64,000 nt of DNA from Magnetovibrionaceae bacterium (GCA_049603795.1 JBMYSY010000019.1:2870-66869); one strand, 5' to 3'; counted from the first letter of the stretch, positions 52,556 through 63,372 are shown. Notes: generated from the letters alone by a model not told the origin. Numbers and translations: made by a program.

Positions 52556-53656
52556 TCAGGCCGCGTAGAGCGCGTTGTAGGCCTCAGCCGTCTGATCCAG
52601 GTTGCCGTCGCGCAGCACGAAGTTGCGCGGCGAGACACCGGCGGGCTGACGAACAGCCGCTTCGAGTGCCTCGGCCAGACCGTTCACGTTCCCTGCTTCA
52701 ACAAGGAAACCTGTCTCGGGGCAGATGGCTTCAGAAGTCCCCCCCACATCAAAGGCCACCGCCGGCACGCCACAGGCCTGCGCTTCGAGCGGGCTGAGCG
52801 GCATGCCTTCCTTTCGGGACGGCAGGCAAAAGAGATCGAGCGCCTGATAAAAGGTCCGCATATCATCGACGCGGCCCAGGAAGCTGACGCGGCTCTCCAC
52901 ACCGAGCGCCCTGGCCAGTTGACGAAGGCTGTGGCCTTGAGACCCGTCGCCGGCGACGGCCAAGCCAAAGTAGTCGGGCAGGAAAGGCAGGGCAGAGATC
53001 ATTTGATCGACCCCCTTGACCTTCTCCAGGCGGGCGGCACAGCCGATCAGCGTTCCGAGCTGCGGCAGGCCCAGTTCGGCCCGCGCGGACCGCTTGTCGC
53101 CCGGGTGAAAATGGCGGCAATCGATCCCGTTCAGCACGACCTTCGCAGGATCCCGTTGAAGCGCCGCCCGATAGGCTTGCGCGACGAATAGGGCATCGGC
53201 CACCACGGTGGGGCGAACCACCTTGACCAAGAGGCTTTGCAGGGATCGGCGGCGCTTGTCTTCCAGGTGCCAGGCATCATGCTCGGTATGGACCAAGCGG
53301 CAGCCGCTTAGGCGCGCGGCGATCCCGCCATAGAGCAGCGGGCCGACGTGGTGGGTGTGGACCACATCGCAACCCATCGTGCGCAGCATCCTGGCCAACT
53401 CCAGGGCCAATTGTGGTCTCATCCCCGGTTCCTTGTTCAGGAAGTATAGATGCTCGGAGGCGCGGGAAAGGCGCGGCCACTTGGCTATGGTCTCTGCGGC
53501 CCGGCCTTCCAGGCTGATGACGGAAACCCGGTCAGCCCGCGTCCGGCTCAGCAGTTCCAGAACCAGGGTTTCGATGCCTCCGGGCTTCAGGTGTTGGACA
53601 ACATGAACCACGTGGCGAGGGCAGACGGCGTTCTTTTTAAGCAGCCTTGCGATCAT
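52556..53656 (-). CDS. Family 4 (GT-B) glycosyltransferase
   Basis: LKPGGIETLVLEL at the N-terminus and PSRKEGMPLSPLEAQACGVPAVA (EX7E region). Confidence 0.85.
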   Translation of the reverse strand: MIARLLKKNAVCPRHVVHVVQHLKPGGIETLVLELLSRTRADRVSVISLEGRAAETIAKWPRLSRASEHLYFLNKEPGMRPQLALELARMLRTMGCDVVHTHHVGPLLYGGIAARLSGCRLVHTEHDAWHLEDKRRRSLQSLLVKVVRPTVVADALFVAQAYRAALQRDPAKVVLNGIDCRHFHPGDKRSARAELGLPQLGTLIGCAARLEKVKGVDQMISALPFLPDYFGLAVAGDGSQGHSLRQLARALGVESRVSFLGRVDDMRTFYQALDLFCLPSRKEGMPLSPLEAQACGVPAVAFDVGGTSEAICPETGFLVEAGNVNGLAEALEAAVRQPAGVSPRNFVLRDGNLDQTAEAYNALYAA

Positions 53657-55172
53657 CTTCTTCCTCCTCTTCTTCTTCCGTGTCGGGCCAGGCCAAGGCT
53701 TCCGGGTCGAGCCCGGTGCCGTCCGGCAGGAAGGCCTCGTCGGCCAAAACCGGAATGCGGGCGATTACGGGGATCCCAAGAAGCTCGGTCAGCTTGTCGC
53801 GACGCCGAATGCGGGTATCCAGCAACTCGGCGGCCAACCCCAAACCGCAACCGAAAGCCAGGCCGCCGACCAGGCCCGCAATGATGAAAATCGGCAGCGG
53901 CAGGTTGCTGGGGGCGAGCGGCTTGAACGGCGGGTCGATCAGCTTGACCCGCTCCTGTTCTTCCGCGCGACCGAGCGAACCGGTCACACGTGCCAACTGA
54001 TGGCGCTCGGCCAGGTCCTCATAGATTTTGCGCTTCACCTGGATTTCGCGGGTCAGCTCGTTCAGGCGCCTTTCGTGGTTGCCGAAGGCGGCCACCTGCT
54101 GGTCGAGCTCGGCGACCTCGCGGGTCAACTGGGCGGTCTCCTCGGCGAGTGCCAGAACCCGGTTCTCTGCGTCCTGCAACGATTGCAGTTGCGATACGAG
54201 CAAAGGCTGCGTGGTCTCATCAACCGAGAGCCGGGCCGTGGTCGCCATGTTCCAGAGCCGCTCGAGATCGGCCTTGTCCAGGTCTTCGGCAGCGGTCATC
54301 AGGCGGCCGCGTTCCTCCTCCAGGCTGCGCAGCTTGCGCAAGGCGGCCTGAACGCTGGAATGGCGGTCCGTGTATCGGGAGCGCAGAACAGCGAGCTCGC
54401 TCATCACATCGACGATGGCTTCCTCGATCCGGCCCACAACCGGATTGGTCTGGCTGAGACGGGCTTTCAGGGCATCCTGTTCGGCGCGCGCGCCTTCCAA
54501 CTCACTCCGACGGTCGCTCAGGCGCTGACGCAGTTGGGCCAGGCGGGCGACGTTGCCCGCATGCAGTTCGGGCAGGGCCTCTGCGTTTTCGTTCTTGTAT
54601 CGGGCGAGTGTCGTCTCTGCGGTCTCCAGATCCTTGCGCCGCGCCTCCAGTTCACTGCCCAGGAACCGTTCGGAACTGGCGATCGAAGAACGCTGTGGCG
54701 CGATGATGCGCTCGACAAAACGAACGCTGACCCGCTTCAAGACCTCGTCCATGCCGTCCGGTTTGCGGGCGCGGTAGCGGATTTCCACCAACTCTTCGCC
54801 CACGAGGCGCGCCGACAACGACCGGGACAATTCGCCGATCACCCGCTGAGCCTCGGCCTCCGGGGTCTCGTCACTGATCATCTCCAGGCTGAAGGCGACT
54901 TCGGCCAGGATGTGACGGCTATGCAGCAGCGCGTTCAGGGCCTCCATTCGGGATTCGAGGTTGGTGGCGACGGTCAGGTCTTCGAGAAAGGGGTTCTGCT
55001 TCGCCGGTTCCTGAATCAGGATGGTGGTAAAGGTCTCGTAGGTTTTCGGCGATAATAGCCCGCCGGCCAGCCCGACAAAGGGCATCAAGACGACCGGGAT
55101 GGCGATCATGTAGCGCCGACGCCAGGCACCCGACAGCAACGCCAGGCCGTTGAGCATCAGCTTGCTACGCAC
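53637..55172 (-). CDS. Polysaccharide chain-length determinant (Wzz/GumC/EpsF-like)
   Basis: N-terminal TM segment, a long coiled-coil periplasmic region and a second TM segment (LPIFIIAGLVGGLAFGCGLGLA). It lacks a kinase domain. Confidence 0.8.
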   Translation of the reverse strand: MRSKLMLNGLALLSGAWRRRYMIAIPVVLMPFVGLAGGLLSPKTYETFTTILIQEPAKQNPFLEDLTVATNLESRMEALNALLHSRHILAEVAFSLEMISDETPEAEAQRVIGELSRSLSARLVGEELVEIRYRARKPDGMDEVLKRVSVRFVERIIAPQRSSIASSERFLGSELEARRKDLETAETTLARYKNENAEALPELHAGNVARLAQLRQRLSDRRSELEGARAEQDALKARLSQTNPVVGRIEEAIVDVMSELAVLRSRYTDRHSSVQAALRKLRSLEEERGRLMTAAEDLDKADLERLWNMATTARLSVDETTQPLLVSQLQSLQDAENRVLALAEETAQLTREVAELDQQVAAFGNHERRLNELTREIQVKRKIYEDLAERHQLARVTGSLGRAEEQERVKLIDPPFKPLAPSNLPLPIFIIAGLVGGLAFGCGLGLAAELLDTRIRRRDKLTELLGIPVIARIPVLADEAFLPDGTGLDPEALAWPDTEEEEEEEDDRKAA

Positions 55173-55749
55173 GGTTCTGTCCTCCGATCTGAGGTTCGGC
55201 GCTCAACAGAACCGTTCCGGGTGTGCCCGCAGCATCGAAGCGAACGATGACGCGGCGACCTGTCGCCTGCAGCCAGGCCTTGAGCTTGTTCGCCCGACGG
55301 ATGCCGTTGAAGGCGGCGTCCGGATCGCTTTGAGCACCATCCGGCGCGGCGGTCAGGTAAACCGGAGCCTCCTCGGCTCTGTCCATCGACAACAGCCAGA
55401 CCAGGGCCGCCTCTCGGGCCACATCCTGGCCTTGGCTGAAGTCGATACGAATGCCGGAGGCGGCGGAATGAACGGAGGTGGCCGAGTTGAGGGCGGGCTC
55501 GGCCACCTCCTCACCCCTGGCCCGGGCAAGCAGCATGTCGACCGAGATAGGGCCGGTGGGGGCTGCTGCTGCCCGAGCCGAGGGGTTGGGGGATTCGGAA
55601 TCGGAACCATCATCATCAAGCGCCGCATCAAGCGCGAGGTTGAGTGGGATCGAGACAAGCCCCACCGGCACGCAGGCCGCGGTGCCCGCACCGATCAGGC
55701 TGATCAGTGTTAAGGTTCTTACCGTTTGAAAAAGGGCTGCGTATCGCAT
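55165..55749 (-). CDS. Hypothetical lipoprotein (194 aa)
   Basis: Lipobox-like LIGAGTAAC. It overlaps the downstream Wzz-like start. Confidence 0.6.
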   Translation of the reverse strand: MRYAALFQTVRTLTLISLIGAGTAACVPVGLVSIPLNLALDAALDDDGSDSESPNPSARAAAAPTGPISVDMLLARARGEEVAEPALNSATSVHSAASGIRIDFSQGQDVAREAALVWLLSMDRAEEAPVYLTAAPDGAQSDPDAAFNGIRRANKLKAWLQATGRRVIVRFDAAGTPGTVLLSAEPQIGGQNRA

Positions 55750-55779
55750 TTTGAAACTCCAAGGGCTGATTTACCCCTG

Positions 55780-58131
55780 TCAGTTCAAACGGCGTGCCAG
55801 ACCTTGGGCCGCGAAGTCCGCGATCCTCCTTCGCAATTCATCCAATTTCTGATTACTCAGGCCCCGGGCCTCCTCCCAGTGTCCCGGAATGTGACCGGCA
55901 AGGTCCGCCAATAGCCGCGCTGCGCGGGCATCTTTTGCCGCCTTGCGCTCCAGCCAGAGGAGCCATCGCAGGTCCAGAATACCGTCGATCAGGGCCATCA
56001 GGCCGGCATCAAGATCCGGCTGAAAAGCGCAGATTTCAGCCATTGGCGGCAGGTATTGGAGGTCCGCTTCCCGGCCATCGGTGGGATCAAAAGGATCGGC
56101 TGAGGGCATCCTCGCGTGCCACTGCAGATAGCCTTGCGCGCCCGACCGCCAAAGATAAAATCCCGCCGCCAGACGGGGCCGAGCCATGTTGTAGAGCCAG
56201 ACCTGAGCCCCCGTTTCCTTCGTCAATTCGATGTCGGAAACATCCGCCCCGAAGCCCGCATTGATCAGGCCAAGGTCGAGGCCAGCGAGCAATCTGCCGT
56301 CCCGGGGGCGGTTCAAATGGCCCGCGAGGCGAGGTTTCTTTGCATTCTGCGAAATCGAATTGCGAATTGCATCTGCCAGAGGTGCCGGATCATGGCGCGA
56401 GCCCGCATTGCCCGGTTCATCCGCGATGGACCAATAAGGGCTTTGCAGGCCGCGATCCGCCGCCGCCTTCTCCACCTGGCGCAGGATATCCACCACGCCA
56501 CCGATCCCAAGCCGCGCCTTGATGCGCTTCGGGTTGGCGTAGTCCAGCACATGATCGAAGCGCGAGAGTCGGCCCAGAGCCGTAACATAGGCTTCAACGC
56601 CCACCACATCCGGGTTTGGCAGAGGGGGGGCAACCGCAGTCAAACCCAAGCGCTCCAGGACGTCGAGATCACAAGCCGCCTGCATCTCCCCCAGATCAGG
56701 GTGATCCGCCCGATCCGTCAGGTGCGGTGCCAAGTGCGGTGCCAGGTCCAGGTAGACACCGATGGCCTGAGCGGGCCGTGGCAGAGCAAGATCGAGCACG
56801 CGGACGGAGAAGGCCCGTTCCCGACCCTGGCCATCCGAGATCAAGCCCCGATAGCGTCCGGGCGGCGTTCCCTGGGGCACAGAAACCAGAAGGCTCACCG
56901 GCCGGTCGCGCAGGGGCACCCGGTCCAACCAGGTCTCGTCGGCGCGCAGGTGGCTTGCCGCCTGTATCAAGCGTCGGCCCTGTGGCGGCGTCCGGGTCAG
57001 ACGCCATTGCCCCGTCCGGACGACGACCGGCAGCCGCCGGCCCTCCCGCCCTGGTGCTTCCACCAAAGGCTTACGGCCTTCCCCCAATTTCAAGGCGGTT
57101 CGGATTTCGCCGGAACCGCCGGGGACAAGATCAATGTGTAAACGCTCTGTGGCCAGGGCTGCCGGAGCCTGCTCGATCACCCAGCCCTCCCGCCGCCAGG
57201 CCCGTCGATCCTTCCGGGCCTCGACAGCCGCCCCGGCACCTGAACCCAGGGGATGGGCCAGCAGACCGGCGATGAAGGTGGCAGCATTGGAATCTCCGGC
57301 GAAATCGAGGGTAATCCCTCCCCCGTCGCTGATGGCCTCGACAACCAGCGGTGCGTCGCCCGGCCGTTCCAAGGACGGCCAGGCCGAGCCCCGGTCCGAA
57401 GGCTCCAGGTCGCGACCGGCCAGGTAGATGTCTCTCGTCCAGGTTTCCAGATCCCGCCTTTCCAGGAGCCGCACCTCGCCATTGACCTTGATGCGGCGCT
57501 CTTTCGGATAGGTCCGGGTCTGCCAGGCACCACGATCGCCGATCCATAACAACAACCGCCATTGGCCTTCGGGCAAAGGCAGGACAAGCCGCTCGACACC
57601 CCCCAGCCCATCGCGCAACAAGGGATCGTCGAGACTGCGGAGGATCGGCTTCGGACGCCCTGAAACAATGATCGGATCATTTTCGTCCGCGCGATTGAAG
57701 CCCGGCGCGCGAGCGCTGCGCCCTCCGCCCAGGTCCCAGGCATGGACCGGTGCCGATGGTCCTCTTGGGAGGCGGGGGTAGGTCTCGGTCTCATCGACGG
57801 CGATCTCTCCCCTCGCGGCAAAGACCTCGATGAAGCGGATATCGGATGGCTCGAGCCGATGGCCGTTTGATCGATGCAGATCGTCCAGAGCCAGTCGCAG
57901 GCGGAAAGGGCCGGGTGCGACCTCGCGTTCCACGTTGGCGCGGCTGGCATAGTTTTCCGAGCTTCCATCCTCGATGCGCAAGACCACCAGGGCTCCTTCG
58001 GGCCCCGCGATCCCCCGCACCGTGAAGACATGACCCGTCAGGTCACTGGTCGCATCAAAACGCCTTTCCCAGGCCTCAGCGGACGAACCCGCCAGAAGCA
58101 CGGCCACCAGGATCAAAGTGCGGAGAGCCAT
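55780..58131 (-). CDS. Exported 783-aa hypothetical protein in the EPS cluster (possibly polysaccharide-active)
   Basis: Signal peptide MALRTLILVAVLLAGSSAEA. I recognise no confident family, and any glycoside-hydrolase assignment would be a guess. Confidence 0.7.
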   Translation of the reverse strand: MALRTLILVAVLLAGSSAEAWERRFDATSDLTGHVFTVRGIAGPEGALVVLRIEDGSSENYASRANVEREVAPGPFRLRLALDDLHRSNGHRLEPSDIRFIEVFAARGEIAVDETETYPRLPRGPSAPVHAWDLGGGRSARAPGFNRADENDPIIVSGRPKPILRSLDDPLLRDGLGGVERLVLPLPEGQWRLLLWIGDRGAWQTRTYPKERRIKVNGEVRLLERRDLETWTRDIYLAGRDLEPSDRGSAWPSLERPGDAPLVVEAISDGGGITLDFAGDSNAATFIAGLLAHPLGSGAGAAVEARKDRRAWRREGWVIEQAPAALATERLHIDLVPGGSGEIRTALKLGEGRKPLVEAPGREGRRLPVVVRTGQWRLTRTPPQGRRLIQAASHLRADETWLDRVPLRDRPVSLLVSVPQGTPPGRYRGLISDGQGRERAFSVRVLDLALPRPAQAIGVYLDLAPHLAPHLTDRADHPDLGEMQAACDLDVLERLGLTAVAPPLPNPDVVGVEAYVTALGRLSRFDHVLDYANPKRIKARLGIGGVVDILRQVEKAAADRGLQSPYWSIADEPGNAGSRHDPAPLADAIRNSISQNAKKPRLAGHLNRPRDGRLLAGLDLGLINAGFGADVSDIELTKETGAQVWLYNMARPRLAAGFYLWRSGAQGYLQWHARMPSADPFDPTDGREADLQYLPPMAEICAFQPDLDAGLMALIDGILDLRWLLWLERKAAKDARAARLLADLAGHIPGHWEEARGLSNQKLDELRRRIADFAAQGLARRLN

Positions 58132-59243
58132 TCAGAAAGCTCCTCTGCCCGGGCATCCCAGGTCTCGCTTGCCATGGCCAACCGGCGCTTACCCAGGACC
58201 TCGACCGGCTCGAAGCAGGCTTTGATCAAAGCGTCAGTCCAATCCTCCGCTCGGTCCGCCACCGTCACCAACTCTCTGTAGCCTTCGAGTGCCGGAAAAT
58301 CGGTTGTCACGATGGGTCTGCCGAGGCTCAGATATTCCCTGAGCTTCAAGGGGTTGCAGGCACGGATCTGCGCCGTATCGCGGAACGGGATCAAAGACGC
58401 GGTCCAGTGGGCGGCATAGGCCGGCAGCTCATGATGCGCACGGGGGCCCAGTAGCTTGATGTTCGCGACAGCCTTCAGCTTGGAGAGATCGCAGCGCTCC
58501 TCGCCGATCAGCACAAAAGTCCAGTTCGGTAGTCGCTTGGCGGTCTCGCGGATCAGATCCTGGTCCAGCCAGTCGGACAGACTGCCATAGAACCCGGCGA
58601 CCGGGCCTTGCGGAAGATCAAGCGGTCGAAGACCCGGTGCCCCCAGAAAGCCCTCGTCAATGCCGTGCGGCAGCACCCGGGTCTTGCAGGGGTCAAACTT
58701 CGCGGCGATCAGCGGACTGGCCGCGATGATCAGGTCGGCCTTGTCGGCCAGTCTTCGTTCCTGTTCCTCCACGGCGGCATGGTCAACGCCCGAGAGGGCA
58801 CCGAAATCGTCGCCGGCATAATAGACAACCGCCCGCTCGCCTAAGTGACCGAGGGCATCAACCGCGCTCGGCAGCGAGGTCCAGAGGATCGGTCGTTGGA
58901 GATCGGCAGCGCCTGCCGCACCGCCGACCCGACGGCCCAGCAAGTGCCCATTGGCCCAACCGGCCACCGGGTTGCCCGGCCAGGGAATGCAGAGCGGCTC
59001 CACGACGGGAAATGGGGCGGATGTCCGCTTGGACGAGACCTTGGGTGCCTGGCGACGACCCATTACGGCCCGGGCCTTGTTCCAGACGCGACGGGCATCC
59101 TTGGCATCCAGGCGAGGACGGCGCAGGCCGATGGAATTCACCCAGACCACACGGCGGTCAACGCTCAGGCGGCGGACCAGGTGCTGCGTACTGGAGGGAT
59201 GTGCGCCCCAGTCCTCACCGAAGACGATCATGTCGCTGGTCAT
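58113..59243 (-). CDS. Glycosyltransferase (GT-B, TuaH-like)
   Basis: The N-terminus FGEDWGAHPSSTQHL is typical of this GT1/GT4-related group. Confidence 0.75.
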   Translation of the reverse strand: MTSDMIVFGEDWGAHPSSTQHLVRRLSVDRRVVWVNSIGLRRPRLDAKDARRVWNKARAVMGRRQAPKVSSKRTSAPFPVVEPLCIPWPGNPVAGWANGHLLGRRVGGAAGAADLQRPILWTSLPSAVDALGHLGERAVVYYAGDDFGALSGVDHAAVEEQERRLADKADLIIAASPLIAAKFDPCKTRVLPHGIDEGFLGAPGLRPLDLPQGPVAGFYGSLSDWLDQDLIRETAKRLPNWTFVLIGEERCDLSKLKAVANIKLLGPRAHHELPAYAAHWTASLIPFRDTAQIRACNPLKLREYLSLGRPIVTTDFPALEGYRELVTVADRAEDWTDALIKACFEPVEVLGKRRLAMASETWDARAEELSEWLSAL

Positions 59244-59971
59244 GCCGCGATCTCCTTGATTCCAGGGGTGAGCGTTCGGATCACCCGGGCCGGGACGCCG
59301 CCCGCCAGGACCCCCGGCGGCAGGTCACGGCTGACCACACTTCCGGCCGCCACGATGGTCCCTTTTCCGATGGTGACCCCGGCGGAAACGGTGACTCCCG
59401 TCCCCAGCCAGACATCCCGCTCCAGCTTGATCTCGCCGATCTGGTCTTCGGTATCCGGCAGACCCTTGGCGCGATCCCGGGCGTCAATCGGGTGACCGGG
59501 ATAACCCGCCAGAAAGGCGCGGCCCGCGATACGAACATTGTCTTCCAGAACGACGCGGGTGCCGACGGCGATGGTGGTTTGCCAACCGATCCCGACGTTA
59601 TCGCCGACGACCAGTTCCGGTGTCTCCCGCCCGGCCCAGCGGCCCGTGATGGTGGTCGCCGCGGACAAGCGGCAGTCCGAACCGAAACTGATCCGCACCG
59701 GACCACCCACGTAGGGCAGACCGCCATAGAGGTTGAGGCGCGGGGCCTTGCCTTGAAGCCGGCTTTTGAACATCGGAGTGTAATAGAAAACCCGAGTGCC
59801 CCAGGCCGTTACGTTCTGAATGGCGCGATGTAGAGACCAGAGCCCGCTGTGGATCCCTGGGATCACCGGCACCTCGAAGGTGCACCAGGCGCCGTGAGCC
59901 CGGAGCACCAGCCGGGCCAAGGGGCTTTCGCCTGCCTTGATCCGGCGTTTAAGGGTGTTCAGCCTGCTCAT
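59240..59971 (-). CDS. Hexapeptide-repeat acyl/acetyltransferase (WcaF-like)
   Basis: Left-handed beta-helix repeats (VGDNVGIGWQTTI, VVLEDNVRIAG, ERDVWLGTGVTVSAGVTIGKGTIVAAGSVV). Confidence 0.85.
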   Translation of the reverse strand: MSRLNTLKRRIKAGESPLARLVLRAHGAWCTFEVPVIPGIHSGLWSLHRAIQNVTAWGTRVFYYTPMFKSRLQGKAPRLNLYGGLPYVGGPVRISFGSDCRLSAATTITGRWAGRETPELVVGDNVGIGWQTTIAVGTRVVLEDNVRIAGRAFLAGYPGHPIDARDRAKGLPDTEDQIGEIKLERDVWLGTGVTVSAGVTIGKGTIVAAGSVVSRDLPPGVLAGGVPARVIRTLTPGIKEIAA

Positions 59972-61803
59972 TCCACCGTCACCGATTTCGCGAGGTTGCG
60001 CGGCTGGTCCACGTCGGTGCCCTTGGCCAGGGCGACGTGATAGGCCAGCAATTGCAGCGGCACGACGAAAGCCAGCGGAGCCAGGACGTCGTGACAGTCC
60101 GGCACGATCAGGATGTCGTCGGCGACGTCACCGGCCGCTTCGGCACCGGTCTGGTCCGTCACCAGCATCACCTTGCCGCCGCGCGCCTTGACCTCTTCCA
60201 TGTTGGAAACAGTCTTGGCGAAGAGCTCATCATGCGGTGCGATGACAACCACCGGCATCTCGTCGTCAATCAGCGCGAGCGGCCCGTGCTTCAACTCTCC
60301 GGCGGCATAGCCTTCGGCATGGATGTAGGTGATCTCTTTCAGCTTGAGGGCACCTTCCATGGCGATCGGATAGGCCGTGCCGCGCCCGATGAAGAGTGCG
60401 CTCGCGGCCTTGGTGAACTTGGATGCGGCGCTCTGGATGGCCTGATCGTCGGCGAGCATTTCCTCGAGCTTGGTGGGCAGCATGGCGAGCGACTTGATCA
60501 GCTCGATCTCGTCTTTCTCGCTCAGTGTGCCCCGTTCGCGCCCGGCCTGGATGGCCAGCGAGGCAAGAACAGCCAGTTGCGTCGTGAAGGCCTTGGTGGA
60601 GGCCACGCCGATTTCCGGTCCTGCTTCCGTCTGGACAAAACCATCAGCTTCGCGGGCCATGGAACTGGAAGGCACGTTGACGCAGGCCAGGGTCGGGCGA
60701 CCCTTTTCCTTGACGTAGCGAAGCGCTGCCAGCGTGTCCGCCGTCTCCCCCGATTGAGAGATAAACATCGCCGCCGACTTGTCACCGATCAAGGGATGGC
60801 GGTAGCGGTATTCAGAAGCGATGTCCACGTCGCAGGGCAGACCTGCCAATTGTTCGAACCAATACTTGGCCACGTCACCGGCGAAAGAAGAGGTGCCGCA
60901 GGCGATGATCGCAAGACGGTCGATATCGGCGAAGTTCATCGGCAGGCTCGTGGCCCGCAATTCCCCATCCGCCTGGTCGATCAGACCGGCGACGGTGCGA
61001 CGGATCGCCGCAGGCTGTTCGTGGATTTCCTTCATCATGAAGTGCCGGAAACCACCCTTGTCGACACTGGCACCGTTCGCATTCGACCGGCGGCGCGGTC
61101 GGGCGCGAAGCTTGCCATGTTCATCGCGGATCTCGTTCCAACCAGCTTCCAGGATCACCCGGTCGCCCTCTTCCAGATAGGTTACCTGATCGGTAACGTC
61201 GGCGAGCGCCAGGGCATCCGAGGCGATGAAGGTGGCATCCGGTCGATGACCGAGAACCAGGGGGCTGCCTTTGCGAGCGGCATACATGCGGCCTTCTTCC
61301 CCAGCCACAAGAATGCCGAGGGCAAAGGAGCCGTCCAGGCGCTCGATCGTGCGCTCGATGGCCTCATCGGTATCCAGGCCGACAGCGCGGTAGGACGCGA
61401 TCAGGTGGGGAATGACTTCCGAATCCGTCTCGCTGGTGAAGACATGGCCATCGGCCATCAGCTCAGAGCGCAGGCTCGCGTAGTTTTCGATGATGCCGTT
61501 GTGGACGACGGCAACGCCGGGATTGTCTTCGGCATCAACATGGGGATGGGCATTGCCGGTCACCGGCGCGCCGTGAGTGGCCCAGCGGGTATGGGCAATA
61601 CCGGCACGCCCCGCGACGGGCTGGTTCTGGAGAACGCTTTCGAGAGCGGCCAGCTTCCCCTTGGCCCGGCGGCGCTCGATCGGGCCTTCGCCCATCAGGG
61701 CAACCCCCGATGAATCATAGCCCCGGTATTCCAGGCGCTGCAGGCCGCCGATCAGATGGTCCAGCACGTTATGGCCATTCACGGCCCCGACGATGCCACA
61801 CAT
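59968..61803 (-). CDS. glmS: Glutamine--fructose-6-phosphate aminotransferase
   Basis: MCGIVGAV N-terminal nucleophile, two SIS domains, and C-terminal PRNLAKSVTVE. Confidence 0.95.
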   Translation of the reverse strand: MCGIVGAVNGHNVLDHLIGGLQRLEYRGYDSSGVALMGEGPIERRRAKGKLAALESVLQNQPVAGRAGIAHTRWATHGAPVTGNAHPHVDAEDNPGVAVVHNGIIENYASLRSELMADGHVFTSETDSEVIPHLIASYRAVGLDTDEAIERTIERLDGSFALGILVAGEEGRMYAARKGSPLVLGHRPDATFIASDALALADVTDQVTYLEEGDRVILEAGWNEIRDEHGKLRARPRRRSNANGASVDKGGFRHFMMKEIHEQPAAIRRTVAGLIDQADGELRATSLPMNFADIDRLAIIACGTSSFAGDVAKYWFEQLAGLPCDVDIASEYRYRHPLIGDKSAAMFISQSGETADTLAALRYVKEKGRPTLACVNVPSSSMAREADGFVQTEAGPEIGVASTKAFTTQLAVLASLAIQAGRERGTLSEKDEIELIKSLAMLPTKLEEMLADDQAIQSAASKFTKAASALFIGRGTAYPIAMEGALKLKEITYIHAEGYAAGELKHGPLALIDDEMPVVVIAPHDELFAKTVSNMEEVKARGGKVMLVTDQTGAEAAGDVADDILIVPDCHDVLAPLAFVVPLQLLAYHVALAKGTDVDQPRNLAKSVTVE

Positions 61804-61888
61804 GAGAAAACTCCTTTGACTGGTTCAATCCGTTTGAAACTGTTGACCGGAAGTGCAGGAGATGGGCCAGAATGCTATTCAAGTAAAA

Positions 61889-63364
61889 TCAATGACTTGA
61901 ATGACTTTGATCCGCGATTTGATTTGCGAAACGCAAACGCTTTTCGCGTTCTGAGAGGGCATAGCGCGTCACCGCCACGGTAAGCGCCAATTGGATGTAG
62001 ACCGGCCAGGTGAAACCCATGGTCAGGAAAGTCCCTGAGACCATAAAGCCCGCGAGCCCCGACTGGACCGCCTGGGCGAGGGCGTAGGCCTCTGGTTCAT
62101 AGGCCCCCTCGCCCGACTGGTCCGGTTGCAGCAGGAAAACGGATTGGCAGGCGGAACGAATGGTCAGGCCGATCATGGTCAGGAAACAACCGAGGCCCAG
62201 AAAACCCGTCTCAGCCATGACACCGAACCAGGTGGAATGGACCGCGTGGTTCTTTCCGTCCCAGAAACTTGAATAGGACCAGTAGTTGGAAAGGAAGTTG
62301 TTCAGGCCGACACCGGTCAGCGGGTGGGCCAGGGCCATGTTGAAGGCTGCACCCCAGGCATGGATGCGCCCCATTGCGGATTCATCGATGCCCTCTTCAT
62401 GGGCTCCGCCGGACGCGCGGTCGGAAACGCCGGCCAACACGAAGAGTACGGACAAGGCCGCAAGACCGACGCTGATCAACAGCGCCTTGTTTTTGACCCG
62501 CCGCCAGGCATAGACGCCCATGACAGCGGTGATCCCGAGCAACCCGCCCCGGCTTTGCGTTGCCACGATGGCGGCCACAAAGGCGATGAAGGCCAAGAGC
62601 CCGAGCAGCCTGGACCAACGGCCTATGCCCTTGGTCAGCATCAGCGCCAAGGCGAAACTCGCCGGAAACAGCAACACCAGGGACAAATCATTGGGATCGC
62701 CCAGCATGGAGCCGATATCCCGGCCGATCGTCACCCGCGTCCCCTCCACCAGGCCAATGCCCAGGGCTTTGTTTTGCAGGGTTACGGCAGCGACCAGCAG
62801 GCCGGATCCGATCATGACGCGGCTGGTCAGGTGAAAGGCCTTCAGCGAGCAGGACAGCCAGACAATGGCCAGGACCATGATGGCGATCTTGACGTAGGTG
62901 CCGGACCAACTGCCGAGAGCATCGCCCCGGTTTGTGGCCAGGAAAACACCGACGGTGGTGATGATGAAAAAGACCCCGAAGGCCGTCAGTTCCCGGCTCC
63001 AATAGACCTTCAATTTGCCACTCGCCAAGTTCCAGACGAGCGAAGCCAAGGTGCCGAGTGCCAGCAACTGCGGTATGCGGAGCGGGTAGAGCTGAGGGAA
63101 AACCTCGTGCAGCCGGAAGAAGGAAAAGACCACGAAGGCCAATACCATCCAGAAGGGTTTTACCAGGGCCATGACGATCGCGACCGGTGCCAGCCCCAGC
63201 GCGACCAGGACGACCGGATGACCGACCTTGGCCAGGGCCACGCCGAGCACCAGGGTTGCAATGACGGCCAGGATGGCCTGGCCGAGCCGACCGTTCGCCA
63301 GTTCGGAAACCGGCACAAAGACGTCGCTCAACCGAAGACGGGGAAGCGTGATCCGGCTCAACAT
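61889..63364 (-). CDS. O-antigen ligase / Wzy-like polymerase family membrane protein
   Basis: At least ten TM segments, with the periplasmic loop motif SRGGLLG...H..W typical of the family. Confidence 0.85.
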   Translation of the reverse strand: MLSRITLPRLRLSDVFVPVSELANGRLGQAILAVIATLVLGVALAKVGHPVVLVALGLAPVAIVMALVKPFWMVLAFVVFSFFRLHEVFPQLYPLRIPQLLALGTLASLVWNLASGKLKVYWSRELTAFGVFFIITTVGVFLATNRGDALGSWSGTYVKIAIMVLAIVWLSCSLKAFHLTSRVMIGSGLLVAAVTLQNKALGIGLVEGTRVTIGRDIGSMLGDPNDLSLVLLFPASFALALMLTKGIGRWSRLLGLLAFIAFVAAIVATQSRGGLLGITAVMGVYAWRRVKNKALLISVGLAALSVLFVLAGVSDRASGGAHEEGIDESAMGRIHAWGAAFNMALAHPLTGVGLNNFLSNYWSYSSFWDGKNHAVHSTWFGVMAETGFLGLGCFLTMIGLTIRSACQSVFLLQPDQSGEGAYEPEAYALAQAVQSGLAGFMVSGTFLTMGFTWPVYIQLALTVAVTRYALSEREKRLRFANQIADQSHSSH

Positions 63365-63372
63365 GGCGAACC

